DNA of 43,497 nucleotides from Bacteroidales bacterium (GTDB taxonomy: Bacteria > Bacteroidota > Bacteroidia > Bacteroidales > UBA932), in the NCBI GenBank assembly GCA_024692185.1, contig JAILMV010000197.1:1-43497 (forward strand), written 5' to 3'. This document shows positions 7,969 through 18,400 of the stretch, in pieces (the first letter of the stretch is position 1; each line of letters starts with the position of its first letter). Below the pieces are notes generated by a model. That model saw nothing but the letters and a program-made list of their open reading frames with translations, ran no database searches and was not told the DNA's origin. Position numbers and translations under genes: made by a program.

Positions 7969-9591
7969 ATGAACATTTTGATAACGCTAACCGAGGCCAT
8001 ATTGCTGCTCAGCGGAGCCGGCAGCCTCGAAGAACTTGGTGCGGAGGAATACGAGCGCTACTGCGCCCTGGCGGAGCATCCGCTATGCATAAACCTGGCG
8101 AGCAGCGCCAGGCTGGGCTCCAGCGGGCTGTTCAGCAGCTATCAGATTGCCAGCCTGCAAAACTACAAGGAAGAAAGCGGGGACATCCTTTCCATCTCCG
8201 AACTCGGGACCGTGCCGGGCTTCACCCCCGAACTGGCAACGGCCCTGTCCTATTTCATCTCCCTGGAAAGCCACTCCCCTCCCGGGGCGCGCAGGCACAG
8301 GAAAATAAGGCAGGAGGCGATGGTGCGCAGCAGCGGGAAGGACATCTGCGGGAAATACCACGCGGAGGCCGGCGAAAGGGCGGAGCTGTGGCTATCTGCC
8401 CGGGAGAAGTTCAGCGGGGCCCTCGCAATCTACGGGAAACGCCCCTGGAAGCTGATTCTGGGGGACTTCAACGCCCGTATGGGGCAAGGACTGCTGCTCT
8501 GGTCTTCGTTCTCCCTGAGCGGCTTTTCTACGACTGACGCTTTTTCTAAGAACGCCTCCGGACTTTCGGGCACGGGTTCCTGGGTCCCGAGCTGGAGAGG
8601 AATGGCCTCGGGCTATTGCGGCAGAAGCTGGCAGGCCTCCCTGGCGGCCGGCATAGACGGGACTCTGCTGGGTTCCGCGTCCCTGCTGGGAAACAGCGGA
8701 AATCTGGGAGCCAACTTCATCTACGGCCCACGGGGGAAGGGCGCCTCGCTGGACTGGAAGAAGTCTTTCGGCCATCTTTCCTGCTTCGGGGAGGCGGCAT
8801 TTGCGGCCAGTCCGGCTGGAGTGCTGGGAATCAGATGGGACCCGGCCTACAAGCTTTCCACGGTGCTGCTGGCAAGATACTATCCCCCGGAATACCAGGC
8901 CCCCATGGCCGGAGCCGTGCGCAGCGGCAGCAAAAGCAGGGACGAAGCCGGAATCGCCGCAGGAATACGGCTCAGCTGGTTCAGCGCCACCGCGGATATG
9001 GCCTTCCATCCGGAAAGATGGAAGCAGCACTCAAAGAACTACCAGCAGTTCAAGTCGGTAGTGAGCGCCGCGCCTCAGTTCACATCGGGCAGATGGAGCT
9101 TTTCCCCCTCGGTAAGATGGACGGAGAGAATGCAGCTGAGCCCCGAGGGAGAGGCCTTCCGGGCCGCTTGGAGGAATGACCTGCGCTGCGATCTCAAAGC
9201 CTCCCTTAGCGGCCTGCAAGGGGCCCTGAGAGTGAATGTACTGCAGACGGGCGAACTCCGCCCAGGAGGGCTGGCTTATCTGGAGTTGGGCTATGCCACG
9301 CCTTCCGATACCGCCCGGCTGAGGCTCTCCTTGCATATAAGGGGAACGATCTGCAGCACCGATGGCTGGGAGTCCCGCATCTATGCCTACGAGCGCAATC
9401 TGCCGGGCTGTTTCAGCGTCCCGGCCTGGTACGGAAGGATGCAGGGCTTATCTGCCGTTGCCGGCGTAAAATACCGCAGAAAACGCATCCGGCACCAGTT
9501 CGACCTCAGAGCCGGGCTGGTACGATACGCGCGGGAAACCGGAAAGGCCCCGCGCGCAGAAATCAAATTCCAGTATAGCCTGAAACTATAA
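7969..9591 (+). CDS. Helix-hairpin-helix (ComEA-like) domain protein with a predicted C-terminal outer-membrane beta-barrel
   Basis: N-terminal PLCINLAS..L.SSGLFSSYQIASLQNY....GDILSISELGTVPGF resembles HhH repeats. LILGDFNARMGQGLLLW and SRIYAYER motifs fit the Bacteroidota HhH-barrel family; C-terminal strand [10 protein letters not shown]. Confidence 0.75.
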   Translation: MNILITLTEAILLLSGAGSLEELGAEEYERYCALAEHPLCINLASSARLGSSGLFSSYQIASLQNYKEESGDILSISELGTVPGFTPELATALSYFISLESHSPPGARRHRKIRQEAMVRSSGKDICGKYHAEAGERAELWLSAREKFSGALAIYGKRPWKLILGDFNARMGQGLLLWSSFSLSGFSTTDAFSKNASGLSGTGSWVPSWRGMASGYCGRSWQASLAAGIDGTLLGSASLLGNSGNLGANFIYGPRGKGASLDWKKSFGHLSCFGEAAFAASPAGVLGIRWDPAYKLSTVLLARYYPPEYQAPMAGAVRSGSKSRDEAGIAAGIRLSWFSATADMAFHPERWKQHSKNYQQFKSVVSAAPQFTSGRWSFSPSVRWTERMQLSPEGEAFRAAWRNDLRCDLKASLSGLQGALRVNVLQTGELRPGGLAYLELGYATPSDTARLRLSLHIRGTICSTDGWESRIYAYERNLPGCFSVPAWYGRMQGLSAVAGVKYRRKRIRHQFDLRAGLVRYARETGKAPRAEIKFQYSLKL

Positions 9592-10905
9592 TTGAGGGAT
9601 TACTTTTTCCATCATTATACCCCTGGAACCTTTTACCAGGATGGTCTGGCCGCTGAAGTCCTGCTTGTGCTCCGCGACATAGGCCGCCAGATTGTCGGAG
9701 CTGAGGAAATTGCCCTTGACTATGGCATCGGCACCTGCGACTATGCCAAGTTCCTGCAGGGCCTTGCCGAACTCTTCGCCCACCAGGTAGGCCTTCAGGC
9801 CGGCAGCGACGAGCTTGCGGACTATGCCCTTATGCTCTTCTACCGAGGCATCCCCAAGTTCCCTCATATCGCCTAGCAGGGCCAGCTTGGCATCGGAATG
9901 CAGGGCTGCTAGGTTATCTATGGCCAGCCCCATTGAGGTGGGATTGGCATTGTAGGCATCCACTATCAGGGTGTTGCGGGCGGTCTTCTCCAGCTGGGAA
10001 CGGCTGTTGGCGGGAGTGTAGGCCTCGATTGCGGCGATCGCATCGGCACGCTTCACTCCGAAGTAGCCGGCTATCGACAGGGCCGCTATCACATTGTCGG
10101 CATTGTACGCACCCACCAGCTTGGTATGGACCTCATCGTTTCCGATTCTGAGGGAGAGGAAAGGATCCTCCGCCGTGGTGGGCAGTATTTCCACACCCAG
10201 GGACTCACGGCTGAACTCCCACTGATGGCAGGCCTGGGCACGCGCTGCCGCTGCCAGGTCCTTATGGTCGGTGTTGACGAAGATTACGGAGCCCCTGCGG
10301 CTTCCCAGCCACTTGTAGAGCTCGGTCTTGGCCGCCAGCACGCCCTCGTAGGAGCCGAAACCCAGCAGATGGGCCTTGCCCACATTGGTGATGTAGCCGT
10401 AATCCGGCTGGCTGACCTTCACCAGCTTGGCGATGTCGTCCGGATGGTTGGCTCCCATCTCCACCACTGCCATTTCGGCATCTTCCGGAATGGATAGCAG
10501 GGTGAGAGGTACGCCGATGTCGTTGTTCAGATTGCCCTTGGTGGCTGCGACCTTGAACTTGGCCCCCAGAGCCGTGGCTATGAGTTCCTTGGTAGTGGTC
10601 TTGCCATTGGTGCCGGTGAGGCCGATGACAGGTATTCCCAGGGCCTGGCGATGATGTATGGCCAAGGCCTGCAGGGCGAGGAAGGGATCCGCTACGGGAA
10701 TGATTCCTTTTCCGGAGATGCCCGCATCCTCGTTGACCACAGCGTAAGAAGCCCCCGCCTCAAGGGCCTTCAGGGCATAATCGTTACCATCGAAACTCTC
10801 CCCGCGCAAGGCAAAGAAGATGGCGCCTGCGAGGATGGATCGGCTGTCGGTGCTGACCTTGCAGTTGCAGTCGCGATATAGCTTGTAGAGTTCTTCAGTG
10901 CTCAT
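9586..10905 (-). CDS. murF: UDP-N-acetylmuramoyl-tripeptide--D-alanyl-D-alanine ligase
   Basis: [51 protein letters not shown]. Start MSTEELY overlaps the dut stop (ATGA). Confidence 0.96.
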   Translation of the reverse strand: MSTEELYKLYRDCNCKVSTDSRSILAGAIFFALRGESFDGNDYALKALEAGASYAVVNEDAGISGKGIIPVADPFLALQALAIHHRQALGIPVIGLTGTNGKTTTKELIATALGAKFKVAATKGNLNNDIGVPLTLLSIPEDAEMAVVEMGANHPDDIAKLVKVSQPDYGYITNVGKAHLLGFGSYEGVLAAKTELYKWLGSRRGSVIFVNTDHKDLAAAARAQACHQWEFSRESLGVEILPTTAEDPFLSLRIGNDEVHTKLVGAYNADNVIAALSIAGYFGVKRADAIAAIEAYTPANSRSQLEKTARNTLIVDAYNANPTSMGLAIDNLAALHSDAKLALLGDMRELGDASVEEHKGIVRKLVAAGLKAYLVGEEFGKALQELGIVAGADAIVKGNFLSSDNLAAYVAEHKQDFSGQTILVKGSRGIMMEKVIPQL

Positions 10906-11336
10906 TTCGTGCCGGTGCTGCCAAAGCCTCCCTCGCCGCGTTCGGTCGCGCCGAGTTCCGAGACTTCCTCCCAATCTATCTTCTCGTGCTTTGCCAGCAC
11001 AAGCTGGGCAATCCTCTCGCCGGGTTCCACGGTGAAGGGCTGGTCGGAAAGATTCACCAGTATCACGTTCACCTCTCCGCGATAGTCGGCATCGATGGTG
11101 CCGGGAGTGTTGAGCACGGTGATTCCTTTCTTGGCGGCAAGGCCGCTGCGGGGGCGCACCTGCACCTCGTATCCGACGGGAATTTCAAGATAGAGCCCCG
11201 TAGGGATCATGGCTCTCTGCAGAGGGCCGAGCACCACGGGAGATTCCAGGGAAGCACGCACGTCCATTCCGGCCGATGCCAGGGTGGAGTACTGCGGAAG
11301 GGCGTTTCCGCCTTTGTTCACGACTTTTACTGTCAT
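10902..11336 (-). CDS. dut: dUTP diphosphatase
   Basis: [31 protein letters not shown] motifs. Confidence 0.97.
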   Translation of the reverse strand: MTVKVVNKGGNALPQYSTLASAGMDVRASLESPVVLGPLQRAMIPTGLYLEIPVGYEVQVRPRSGLAAKKGITVLNTPGTIDADYRGEVNVILVNLSDQPFTVEPGERIAQLVLAKHEKIDWEEVSELGATERGEGGFGSTGTK

Positions 11337-12412
11337 TATCTCTGAGCTTTAGTGTACAAGAACAAGGTAATCAGCGCGAATAGCATGTTGGGTATCCACA
11401 ATGCTATGGCCGCCGGCATTGCGCCGGTATAAACGAACATCTGCGCGAATCGCTGGAAAAGTATGTAGGAGAAGGCCAGGGCAATGCCTATGCCCAGGTT
11501 CCATCCTATTCCTCCCCTCCTCTTCCTGGACGAGAGGCAGACACCCATTATGGTCAGGATTATGGCGGAGAAGGGCATTGCATAGCGATTATGCAATTCT
11601 ATCTCCGCGAACATTACGTTCGCATCGCCGCGCATGTTCTGCGTTTTTATCAATTGGTTCAGATCCTTGATGGGCAGGGTCTGCACCGTCTTTTCGTTCC
11701 TGTAGAAATCGGTGACCGTAAGTTCTATCACCGTATCCTTCTTCTCCCCGCTGGTAATATGGTCCTCCAGTCCGGATGCATAGTCGCGGATGAACCAGTT
11801 GCGCAGCCTCCAGCATTGCTTGGTGCTGTCCCAGACCGCGGAATCGGCCTCCAGCTTGCTCTTGAGCTTGTTGTCCTCTATGGTTTCGAGGGTGAACTTG
11901 TAGGCTGTATTGTTCCAGCGGCTGAAAGACTCCACGAACACGAACTGCCCGGGAGCTATCTGGTAATGGACGTTCTTGAAGCGGATGTTCTTGTTCTTTA
12001 TATACTTCTCCTCGAATTGCGTCCGCGCTATGTTCGATTTCGGAATCACGTAGAGATTCAGGCCCAACGACAGCAGGGCAATCAGGATGGCGCAGGCAAT
12101 ATAGGGCACCAGTATGCGTATATAGCTGATTCCCCCGGACAACATGGCGATGAACTCCGAATTCGCCGCCATCCTGGATGTGAAGAAGATTACCGTGATA
12201 AATACGAACAGGGGGCTGAACATATTTATGAAGTACGGTATGAAGTTCAGATAGTAATCGAAGATGATGGCATTCAGCGGAGCATCGTTCTTCACGAAGC
12301 GGTCCACCTTCTCGGAAATGTCGAAGATTATGACGATGCCGATGATGAGCAGCAACGCCATAAAGAAAGTTGTGATGAACTTCTTCGATATGTAGAAATC
12401 GAGTTTTCTCAT
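11336..12412 (-). CDS. LptF/LptG family LPS export permease
   Basis: Three N-terminal TMs, [13 protein letters not shown] motif, periplasmic beta domain, three C-terminal TMs with WIPN. Confidence 0.9.
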   Translation of the reverse strand: MRKLDFYISKKFITTFFMALLLIIGIVIIFDISEKVDRFVKNDAPLNAIIFDYYLNFIPYFINMFSPLFVFITVIFFTSRMAANSEFIAMLSGGISYIRILVPYIACAILIALLSLGLNLYVIPKSNIARTQFEEKYIKNKNIRFKNVHYQIAPGQFVFVESFSRWNNTAYKFTLETIEDNKLKSKLEADSAVWDSTKQCWRLRNWFIRDYASGLEDHITSGEKKDTVIELTVTDFYRNEKTVQTLPIKDLNQLIKTQNMRGDANVMFAEIELHNRYAMPFSAIILTIMGVCLSSRKRRGGIGWNLGIGIALAFSYILFQRFAQMFVYTGAMPAAIALWIPNMLFALITLFLYTKAQR

Positions 12413-13539
12413 AATCTCCGGGTGATTCTCTCTACGGCCTCATCCTTCCATGCGGCGAAATCTCCGGCCTCTATGTGGGCGCGTGCCTGACGCACCAGAT
12501 CCAGGTAGAAGGCAAGGTTGTGCTCGCTGGCAATCATGCCGGCGAACATCTCTCCCGCAACGAAAAGATGCCTCAGATAGGCCCGGCTGTATGTATGATC
12601 GACAAAAGACGTGCCCGAAGGGTCCAGCGGACCGAAATCGTCCTTCCATTTCTCGTTGCGCATGTTCATTATGCCGTTCCAGGTGAAGAGCATTCCGTTG
12701 CGCCCGTTGCGGGTAGGCATCACGCAGTCGAACATATCCACCCCGCGGGCGATTCCTTCGAGTATGTTGGCAGGGGTTCCTACACCCATCAGATAACGGG
12801 GCCTGTCGTCCGGAAGGAGCGGGCATACCAGTTCCAGCATCTCGTACATCTTCTCGGTAGGCTCCCCTACCGCCAGACCGCCTATGGCATAACCGTCGGC
12901 GTCGAACTGGGTGGCGTGGTCCACGGCTTCCTTGCGCAGGTCCGGATATACGCAGCCCTGCACTATGGGGAAGAAGCACTGATTGTAGCCATAGAGGGGC
13001 TCGGTTTCGCGGAAACGCTTGGCATAGCGCTCCAACCAGCTCTTGGTCAGATTCAGGCTTTTGCGGGCATAGGCATGGTCGGCATCCCCTGGGCAGCACT
13101 CGTCGAGGGCCATCATTATGTCGGCACCGATGATGCGCTGGGTATCCACGTTGTTTTCGGGGGTGAAAGTATGCCTGCTGCCGTCGATATGGCTCTGGAA
13201 AGTGCATCCTTCCGCAGTCAGCTTACGGATTGGGCTGAGGCTGAATACCTGGAATCCGCCGCTGTCGGTAAGAATGGGGCGGTCCCAGTTTTCGAACTTA
13301 TGGAGGCCGCCTGCCTGGCGGAGTATGTCCAGTCCGGGACGGAGATAGAGGTGATAGGTGTTGCCGAGTATGATTTCGGCCTTCACGTCCTCCTTAAGGT
13401 CTTTATGATATACCCCCTTCACGGAGCCTACGGTGCCTACCGGCATGAATATGGGGGTACGGATGTCCCCATGGTCCGTATGCAGCACACCGCACCTGGC
13501 CGAGGAATGAGGGTCGTTGTGTATCTTTTCGAATTTCAT
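12409..13539 (-). CDS. tgt: tRNA-guanine(34) transglycosylase
   Basis: TPIFMPVGT, NTYHLYLRPG, LTDSGGFQVFSL, GGLAVGE, DMFDCVMPTRNGRNG. Confidence 0.97.
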   Translation of the reverse strand: MKFEKIHNDPHSSARCGVLHTDHGDIRTPIFMPVGTVGSVKGVYHKDLKEDVKAEIILGNTYHLYLRPGLDILRQAGGLHKFENWDRPILTDSGGFQVFSLSPIRKLTAEGCTFQSHIDGSRHTFTPENNVDTQRIIGADIMMALDECCPGDADHAYARKSLNLTKSWLERYAKRFRETEPLYGYNQCFFPIVQGCVYPDLRKEAVDHATQFDADGYAIGGLAVGEPTEKMYEMLELVCPLLPDDRPRYLMGVGTPANILEGIARGVDMFDCVMPTRNGRNGMLFTWNGIMNMRNEKWKDDFGPLDPSGTSFVDHTYSRAYLRHLFVAGEMFAGMIASEHNLAFYLDLVRQARAHIEAGDFAAWKDEAVERITRRL

Positions 13540-13543
13540 CTTT

Positions 13544-13581
13544 CAAAGATAAGCAAAATAGAAGAAAAACTGCTAAATTTG
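13544..13581. promoter_or_regulatory. Divergent promoters for tgt and the nucleoside permease
   Basis: TATCTTTG on the minus strand (13544-13551) and TAAATTTG on the plus strand (13574-13581). Confidence 0.6.
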
Positions 13582-13608
13582 TTAGCTGAACATACAAACC
13601 ACAAGATA

Positions 13609-14892
13609 ATGAAAAACAGACAGCTGACCATCAGGCTCATCCTGATGAACTTCTTACAGTACGCAGCCTGGGGAGCATATCTCACATCACTCGGGCGCTA
13701 TCTCGGCAACTCGGGCCTCGGCCCCCAGATCAAATGGTTCTTTGCCATGCAGGGCATCGTTTCCATCTTCATGCCCACCCTTATGGGCATAGTTGCCGAC
13801 CGTTTCATCCAGGCACAGAAAACCCTCTCCCTCTGCCACGCCTTCGCAGGTCTCTTCATGCTGGGAGCAGGTCTCTACTGCCAGAGCGCGGGAGACGCCA
13901 TAGCCTTCACTCCCCTCTTCGTACTTTACAGCATAAGCGTGGCATTCTATATGCCCACCATCGCCATATCCAACTCGGTGGCCTACAATGCCCTCGGCAA
14001 GGCCGGAATGGACCCCGTCAAGGACTTCCCGCCCATCCGCGTATTCGGCACCGTAGGTTTCATCTGCAGCATGCTGCTCACCAACTTCCTGCACATCAAG
14101 GGAGTTGCCATGCAGGACAGCTTCACCCAGCTGATTTCTTCCGGAGTCATCTCCCTGGTACTTGCTGCCTATGCCCTGAGCATGCCTGCCTGCGAGACCA
14201 ACCGCAGCGAGGGCAAGACCTTGGCAGAAGCTTTCGGGCTCAAGGCCTTCTCCCTGTTCAAGGATTCCCAGTTCGCCATCTTCTTCATCTTCTCGATGCT
14301 GCTTGGCGCTTCCCTGCAGATAACCAACGGTTATGCTAACACCTTCCTCGGTTCCTTCGCCGCCGATCCCGCACTCGCCAACACCTTCGCAGTGAAGAAT
14401 TCCAATGCCCTGATTTCCATCAGCCAGGCATCCGAGACCCTTTGCATATTGCTGATTCCTTTCTGCATGAAGAAGTTCGGCATCAAGAAAGTGATGCTGA
14501 TGGCAATGTTCGCCTGGGTATTCCGCTTCGGCCTCTTCGGAGCCGGCGATCCCGGCATGCCCGGTGTACTGCTCTTCGTGCTCAGCTGCATAGTTTACGG
14601 CGTAGCTTTCGACTTCTTCAACATCTCCGGATCCCTCTACGTAAACGAAAACACCACCCCGGACATCCGTTCGAGTGCCCAGGGCGTGTTCATGCTGATG
14701 ACCAACGGTCTCGGTGCCACCATCGGTACCCTTGCCGCCGGTAAGGTCGTAGAGGCTTGCGACGTGTTCAACACTCCTGCCAACTGGTCCAAAGCCTGGT
14801 ACATCTTCGCAGGCTATGCCCTGGTCGTAGGTGTCCTCTTCGCCATCCTCTTCAAGGATCCCCAGAAGAAAGTCAGCGCCAAGGCGGAGTAA
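13609..14892 (+). CDS. MFS nucleoside:H+ symporter (NupG/XapB-like)
   Basis: True start MKNRQLTIRLILMNFLQYAAWGAY; DFPPIRVFGTVGFI, SISQASE, GVAFDFFNISG, RSSAQG motifs. The upstream part of the 805-aa ORF is antisense to tgt. Confidence 0.9.
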   Translation: MKNRQLTIRLILMNFLQYAAWGAYLTSLGRYLGNSGLGPQIKWFFAMQGIVSIFMPTLMGIVADRFIQAQKTLSLCHAFAGLFMLGAGLYCQSAGDAIAFTPLFVLYSISVAFYMPTIAISNSVAYNALGKAGMDPVKDFPPIRVFGTVGFICSMLLTNFLHIKGVAMQDSFTQLISSGVISLVLAAYALSMPACETNRSEGKTLAEAFGLKAFSLFKDSQFAIFFIFSMLLGASLQITNGYANTFLGSFAADPALANTFAVKNSNALISISQASETLCILLIPFCMKKFGIKKVMLMAMFAWVFRFGLFGAGDPGMPGVLLFVLSCIVYGVAFDFFNISGSLYVNENTTPDIRSSAQGVFMLMTNGLGATIGTLAAGKVVEACDVFNTPANWSKAWYIFAGYALVVGVLFAILFKDPQKKVSAKAE

Positions 14893-17404
14893 ATCTGTTG
14901 TTTTGCATCCAATCGCTTGCCGGCTGGTAATCGAAGGTCGCTTTCTCGGAAACGCTCCACAGGTGCACGGGCACCAGACCCTTGGCCGGAACCCTTCCTG
15001 AAGCATCCGCGGCATAGACGCCGGTTGAGTTGTAGGGACAATACAAATAGACCCATCTGTTATAGCTGCCATTGCCTCCATAAGCAGTGGCAGCATATTT
15101 ATTCCAGGGACTCGCCCGGCTTTCCGAGCGCCATATGGAAGCGTTGGCGAAGGATGAGGCCGACGAGATATCCCGTTCCTCGGGGCCAAATTCATTGTCG
15201 AACAAATAATCCAACTCTCCGTAATAGCATATCAGATAGCAGTTACGCCCGTTTTCGACCCAGCGGGTCGCGCCATTGTCAATGCCCAGATAGTATGAAT
15301 CTTCAGGGCTGAGATTATCTCCCAGAATGCCGCTGCCGGAGGATATCTGGCACCAGGGATCGTGTTCGCGGAATATCAGCATGGAGAAGTTGCCGTTTTC
15401 CCGAGTTTCCAATAAGCGGAAAGCATATTCCATTCCAGAAGCTTCATATTTAGTGGAGGCATAGGTTCCGACGCACACCCGGACCGGATCCCCGCACCAA
15501 GGATTGAACTTCCCTATGAATACCGGGATAGCGCTGCCATATAAGGACCTGGTAACCTCCCGACCGAAATTCCATCTTACCCCGTCCGCCAGGACGCTCA
15601 TATATGAGTCCGCAGGATGGCCTCCGCCCGCACTGGTGCCGCCATACCAGCTGGCCCATCCGTTCGCGGACCAGGAGCCGTCGAAACCGTCAGGGAGGCT
15701 GACTCCGCGCCGTTCTACGACTATGTCACACCCGTCCAGGGCCCTGACGGCCGGAAGCGGCGAGGGCACTTCCGAGGTGTTCACGACTTGCCCATAGTAA
15801 GCGTCCGAGGCAAAGCTGCCCACCAGCCTGTTGACTATGTTTACGCACAGATTACTGCTGGTGCCGGATCTCAGTTCGACCCTGTAATCAAAGCTGGTGT
15901 CCACCACATTTTCCCAACTGTAGCTTTGCCCGGAATCAGTCCAGAAAAGCGTGCTGACGTGGAATTGCTTCCGGGGGATATCTACGGTCAGGAAATTTTC
16001 CGGGGAAAAGGGCCCGCCGGCACCGGCCGGATAAACATCCGCAACTGAATACAGCTCCTCGAAGACTTCGTCCGAGACTCTCCTCTCATAGGCATCTTCC
16101 AGGCCGCGGATTTCAAAGCTTTCCGGCTCACCGCACACATCTGCGGAGATGGGCAGGATATGGAAATCGGCGTATTCGGAGTGCAAGGCGAGTTCTCCCA
16201 TAGGACGGTTTTGCGCATCGAAGAGGTGCAGCCGGCCATCTCCGGCAGACCTGGTAAGCAGTTCCACTCCGCTGCAACGGCCATTGGAAAGCAGTTTGTT
16301 CCCAAGCTCGAAAACGCCGTCGGAAAGCACTCCGGGCGTGGACGAGAGGGAGAAGGACAGAGAATCCGGATTAAGATTGCCGGCTAGCAGGCTGATATTG
16401 TTCCTGGTCCCGGCCACCAAAGTCCCTGGTTGGGCAAAGCGATAATCTTCCTTCCTCCAATAATTGTCCGAAGACTCGTTGGAGAAAATCACCCGGCAGA
16501 GGTAGCTGGTGCCGCCCAGCAGCCCTATCCTTTCTCCGTCATTGGCATAGAAGCGGCACAGGGTATTTCCGGGGCCGGACGCCGCCAGGGAATCAGATTC
16601 GAAAAGCAGTTCCAGATAAGTACATAAATCCGTACTACCGCTTGGCGCTGCGCTATACGGGATGTCGCAATAGTTCGGGAGGCTGTACAGATATACTGTC
16701 CCTCCCGCATTCAGCCTGGCTATATCCCCCGCATCAAGATAATCTCCGGCCGCAAGCGGCGTCTGCGGATCCGCTTTGAAATGACGTAAGCTGTTGCAGG
16801 CCGAAGAGGGCAGCAGAGAGACGCACTGAGGGCTGTTGCAGAGCCTTGCAGACACTACTCTCACATCCCTTCCCAACTGGGCTCCGGCCCTCGAAAGTGT
16901 ATTCGAAAGCTGGACCCTCAGGCCAATCCTGGCCATTCCCCGGTACAAGTTGAGCGAAGATGCGAAACCATTGCTGGCAGCGCTCATCCGCCCCTCCCCG
17001 ACGAAGAGGATACGGCCGTCCCCACTCTGCGGCCTGGGCATCGGGATGCTCAGCTCCTGCAACCAGTCCTGCGGCGCCTCCAACTGCCGGCCGGCATTGC
17101 CTATCAGCACCAGGCGGCTGTTCAGCCCCGCATCAGTCCCGAAACTGAAGCTTCCCGAGCCGTGGATGTCAAGGTTATCGATATAATGGGACTCCCTAAG
17201 TACTCCGGAAGATGAATACATCCATACATTGATATCCGACAGCAGGTTCTCGTCCGGAATGACAGCGCTCTTAGAAAGCGGATCCTCCTCCAACGAGACC
17301 GACAGCCGAACTTCGCCCCCGGAAATCTCCGGGAGCACACTTTCCTCCTTGCACCCTGCCAGGCAGCAAAGCAGCAGGACAAGCCGTATATACTTGGTTT
17401 TCAT
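14873..17404 (-). CDS. Large fimbrial-like lipoprotein, possible tip or ancillary pilin (DUF4906-like)
   Basis: Lipobox LAGC, SKS putative processing site, DENLLSDINVWMY pilin-like N-domain, LYSLPN; last gene of the pilin-like cluster. Confidence 0.6.
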   Translation of the reverse strand: MKTKYIRLVLLLCCLAGCKEESVLPEISGGEVRLSVSLEEDPLSKSAVIPDENLLSDINVWMYSSSGVLRESHYIDNLDIHGSGSFSFGTDAGLNSRLVLIGNAGRQLEAPQDWLQELSIPMPRPQSGDGRILFVGEGRMSAASNGFASSLNLYRGMARIGLRVQLSNTLSRAGAQLGRDVRVVSARLCNSPQCVSLLPSSACNSLRHFKADPQTPLAAGDYLDAGDIARLNAGGTVYLYSLPNYCDIPYSAAPSGSTDLCTYLELLFESDSLAASGPGNTLCRFYANDGERIGLLGGTSYLCRVIFSNESSDNYWRKEDYRFAQPGTLVAGTRNNISLLAGNLNPDSLSFSLSSTPGVLSDGVFELGNKLLSNGRCSGVELLTRSAGDGRLHLFDAQNRPMGELALHSEYADFHILPISADVCGEPESFEIRGLEDAYERRVSDEVFEELYSVADVYPAGAGGPFSPENFLTVDIPRKQFHVSTLFWTDSGQSYSWENVVDTSFDYRVELRSGTSSNLCVNIVNRLVGSFASDAYYGQVVNTSEVPSPLPAVRALDGCDIVVERRGVSLPDGFDGSWSANGWASWYGGTSAGGGHPADSYMSVLADGVRWNFGREVTRSLYGSAIPVFIGKFNPWCGDPVRVCVGTYASTKYEASGMEYAFRLLETRENGNFSMLIFREHDPWCQISSGSGILGDNLSPEDSYYLGIDNGATRWVENGRNCYLICYYGELDYLFDNEFGPEERDISSASSFANASIWRSESRASPWNKYAATAYGGNGSYNRWVYLYCPYNSTGVYAADASGRVPAKGLVPVHLWSVSEKATFDYQPASDWMQNNRFTPPWR

Positions 17405-17416
17405 CTTCTTGCATTT

Positions 17417-18397
17417 TTACTCGGACACGGTCCCCTCCTTGCGGCTATCCCAGCCGGGAAGCCCGGCAAGCACTTCCACATCGAGGCTGCGGTCATTTGG
17501 TTTCAATTTTATTCTCAATTCACAGTCGCTGCCCATGGGCAGGGTCAGGCTGCCGCTCAATTCGCGGTCGTCGACTACTTGCCTTCCGCTTCCGTCCAAG
17601 AGGCGCAAATGCATAGTCAGGCGATGGATTCCGGGGAAGGCGTAATATGAGACCTCCGCCGAACAGGAGCCCTGCATTATGGCCAGGGAGCGCCTTCCGT
17701 CAAGGGTTTTGCCGGGAGAGGAGCCATAGTCCCAGCTTTCTTTCTTGAAGAGAGCGCTATTATTGGCCGAGAAGATGAAACTCTGTTCGTCAGCATCGCT
17801 GAGCGTGCATCCCAGCGACTCCAGAGCAGAGATGTCGAGCTCTTTTTCCCGAACCCAGTTCCGATATTCCGAGAGGTCGAAACTGAGTTTGCCTATATGG
17901 GCCGTGACGTGCCTGAATTCCAGACTGACCCCGGATCTCTTCTGCTGCCTGAAGGCCTGGGCAGCCAGCCAGTCCACATCATGGGAAGGGTTCCTCAATT
18001 GCAATAGCGCCGAAGAGCCCGAGCCGTAGAGCATTACGGACGAGCCGAATTCCACGGAAGAGGATGGCACAGGCTGCTTTTCGTTGTGGCCCACGGCAAA
18101 GAAAGAATATATCTTCCCTTCCGGCCAATAAGTCCAGATGGCATCGGCAGGGCGGAAAAGGCCATCTTCTTCCAGTACGGCCGTTCCCCCAAGTTCCCCG
18201 CTCCAGCAGCCCAGGGCATGGTCGTATGTCAGATAATGGAACTCCGACATGGCAGCATCAGAATCCCCCGGAGCGGCTTTGCTGGCTGCAAAGACGAAGG
18301 GATAAGGCTCCTCCCGGGGCTGCTGGGCAGTCCCCGGCATCATAGGAGGATCACAGCCGCCGAACAATAGCAGCAAGAGTATTGCCTGTCGTTTCAT
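17417..18397 (-). CDS. Fimbrillin-family (Mfa-like) lipoprotein
   Basis: Lipobox FGGC; YWPEGKIYSFFA, DWLAA, LEFRHVTAHI motifs; terminal strand ending W. Confidence 0.7.
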   Translation of the reverse strand: MKRQAILLLLLFGGCDPPMMPGTAQQPREEPYPFVFAASKAAPGDSDAAMSEFHYLTYDHALGCWSGELGGTAVLEEDGLFRPADAIWTYWPEGKIYSFFAVGHNEKQPVPSSSVEFGSSVMLYGSGSSALLQLRNPSHDVDWLAAQAFRQQKRSGVSLEFRHVTAHIGKLSFDLSEYRNWVREKELDISALESLGCTLSDADEQSFIFSANNSALFKKESWDYGSSPGKTLDGRRSLAIMQGSCSAEVSYYAFPGIHRLTMHLRLLDGSGRQVVDDRELSGSLTLPMGSDCELRIKLKPNDRSLDVEVLAGLPGWDSRKEGTVSE

Positions 18398-18400
18398 AAT

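Noticed and set aside
12475-13608. Apparent 805-aa permease with a long N-terminal extension
   Set aside because: The extension is the antisense frame of tgt. A promoter box and a typical start lie at 13574-13611.
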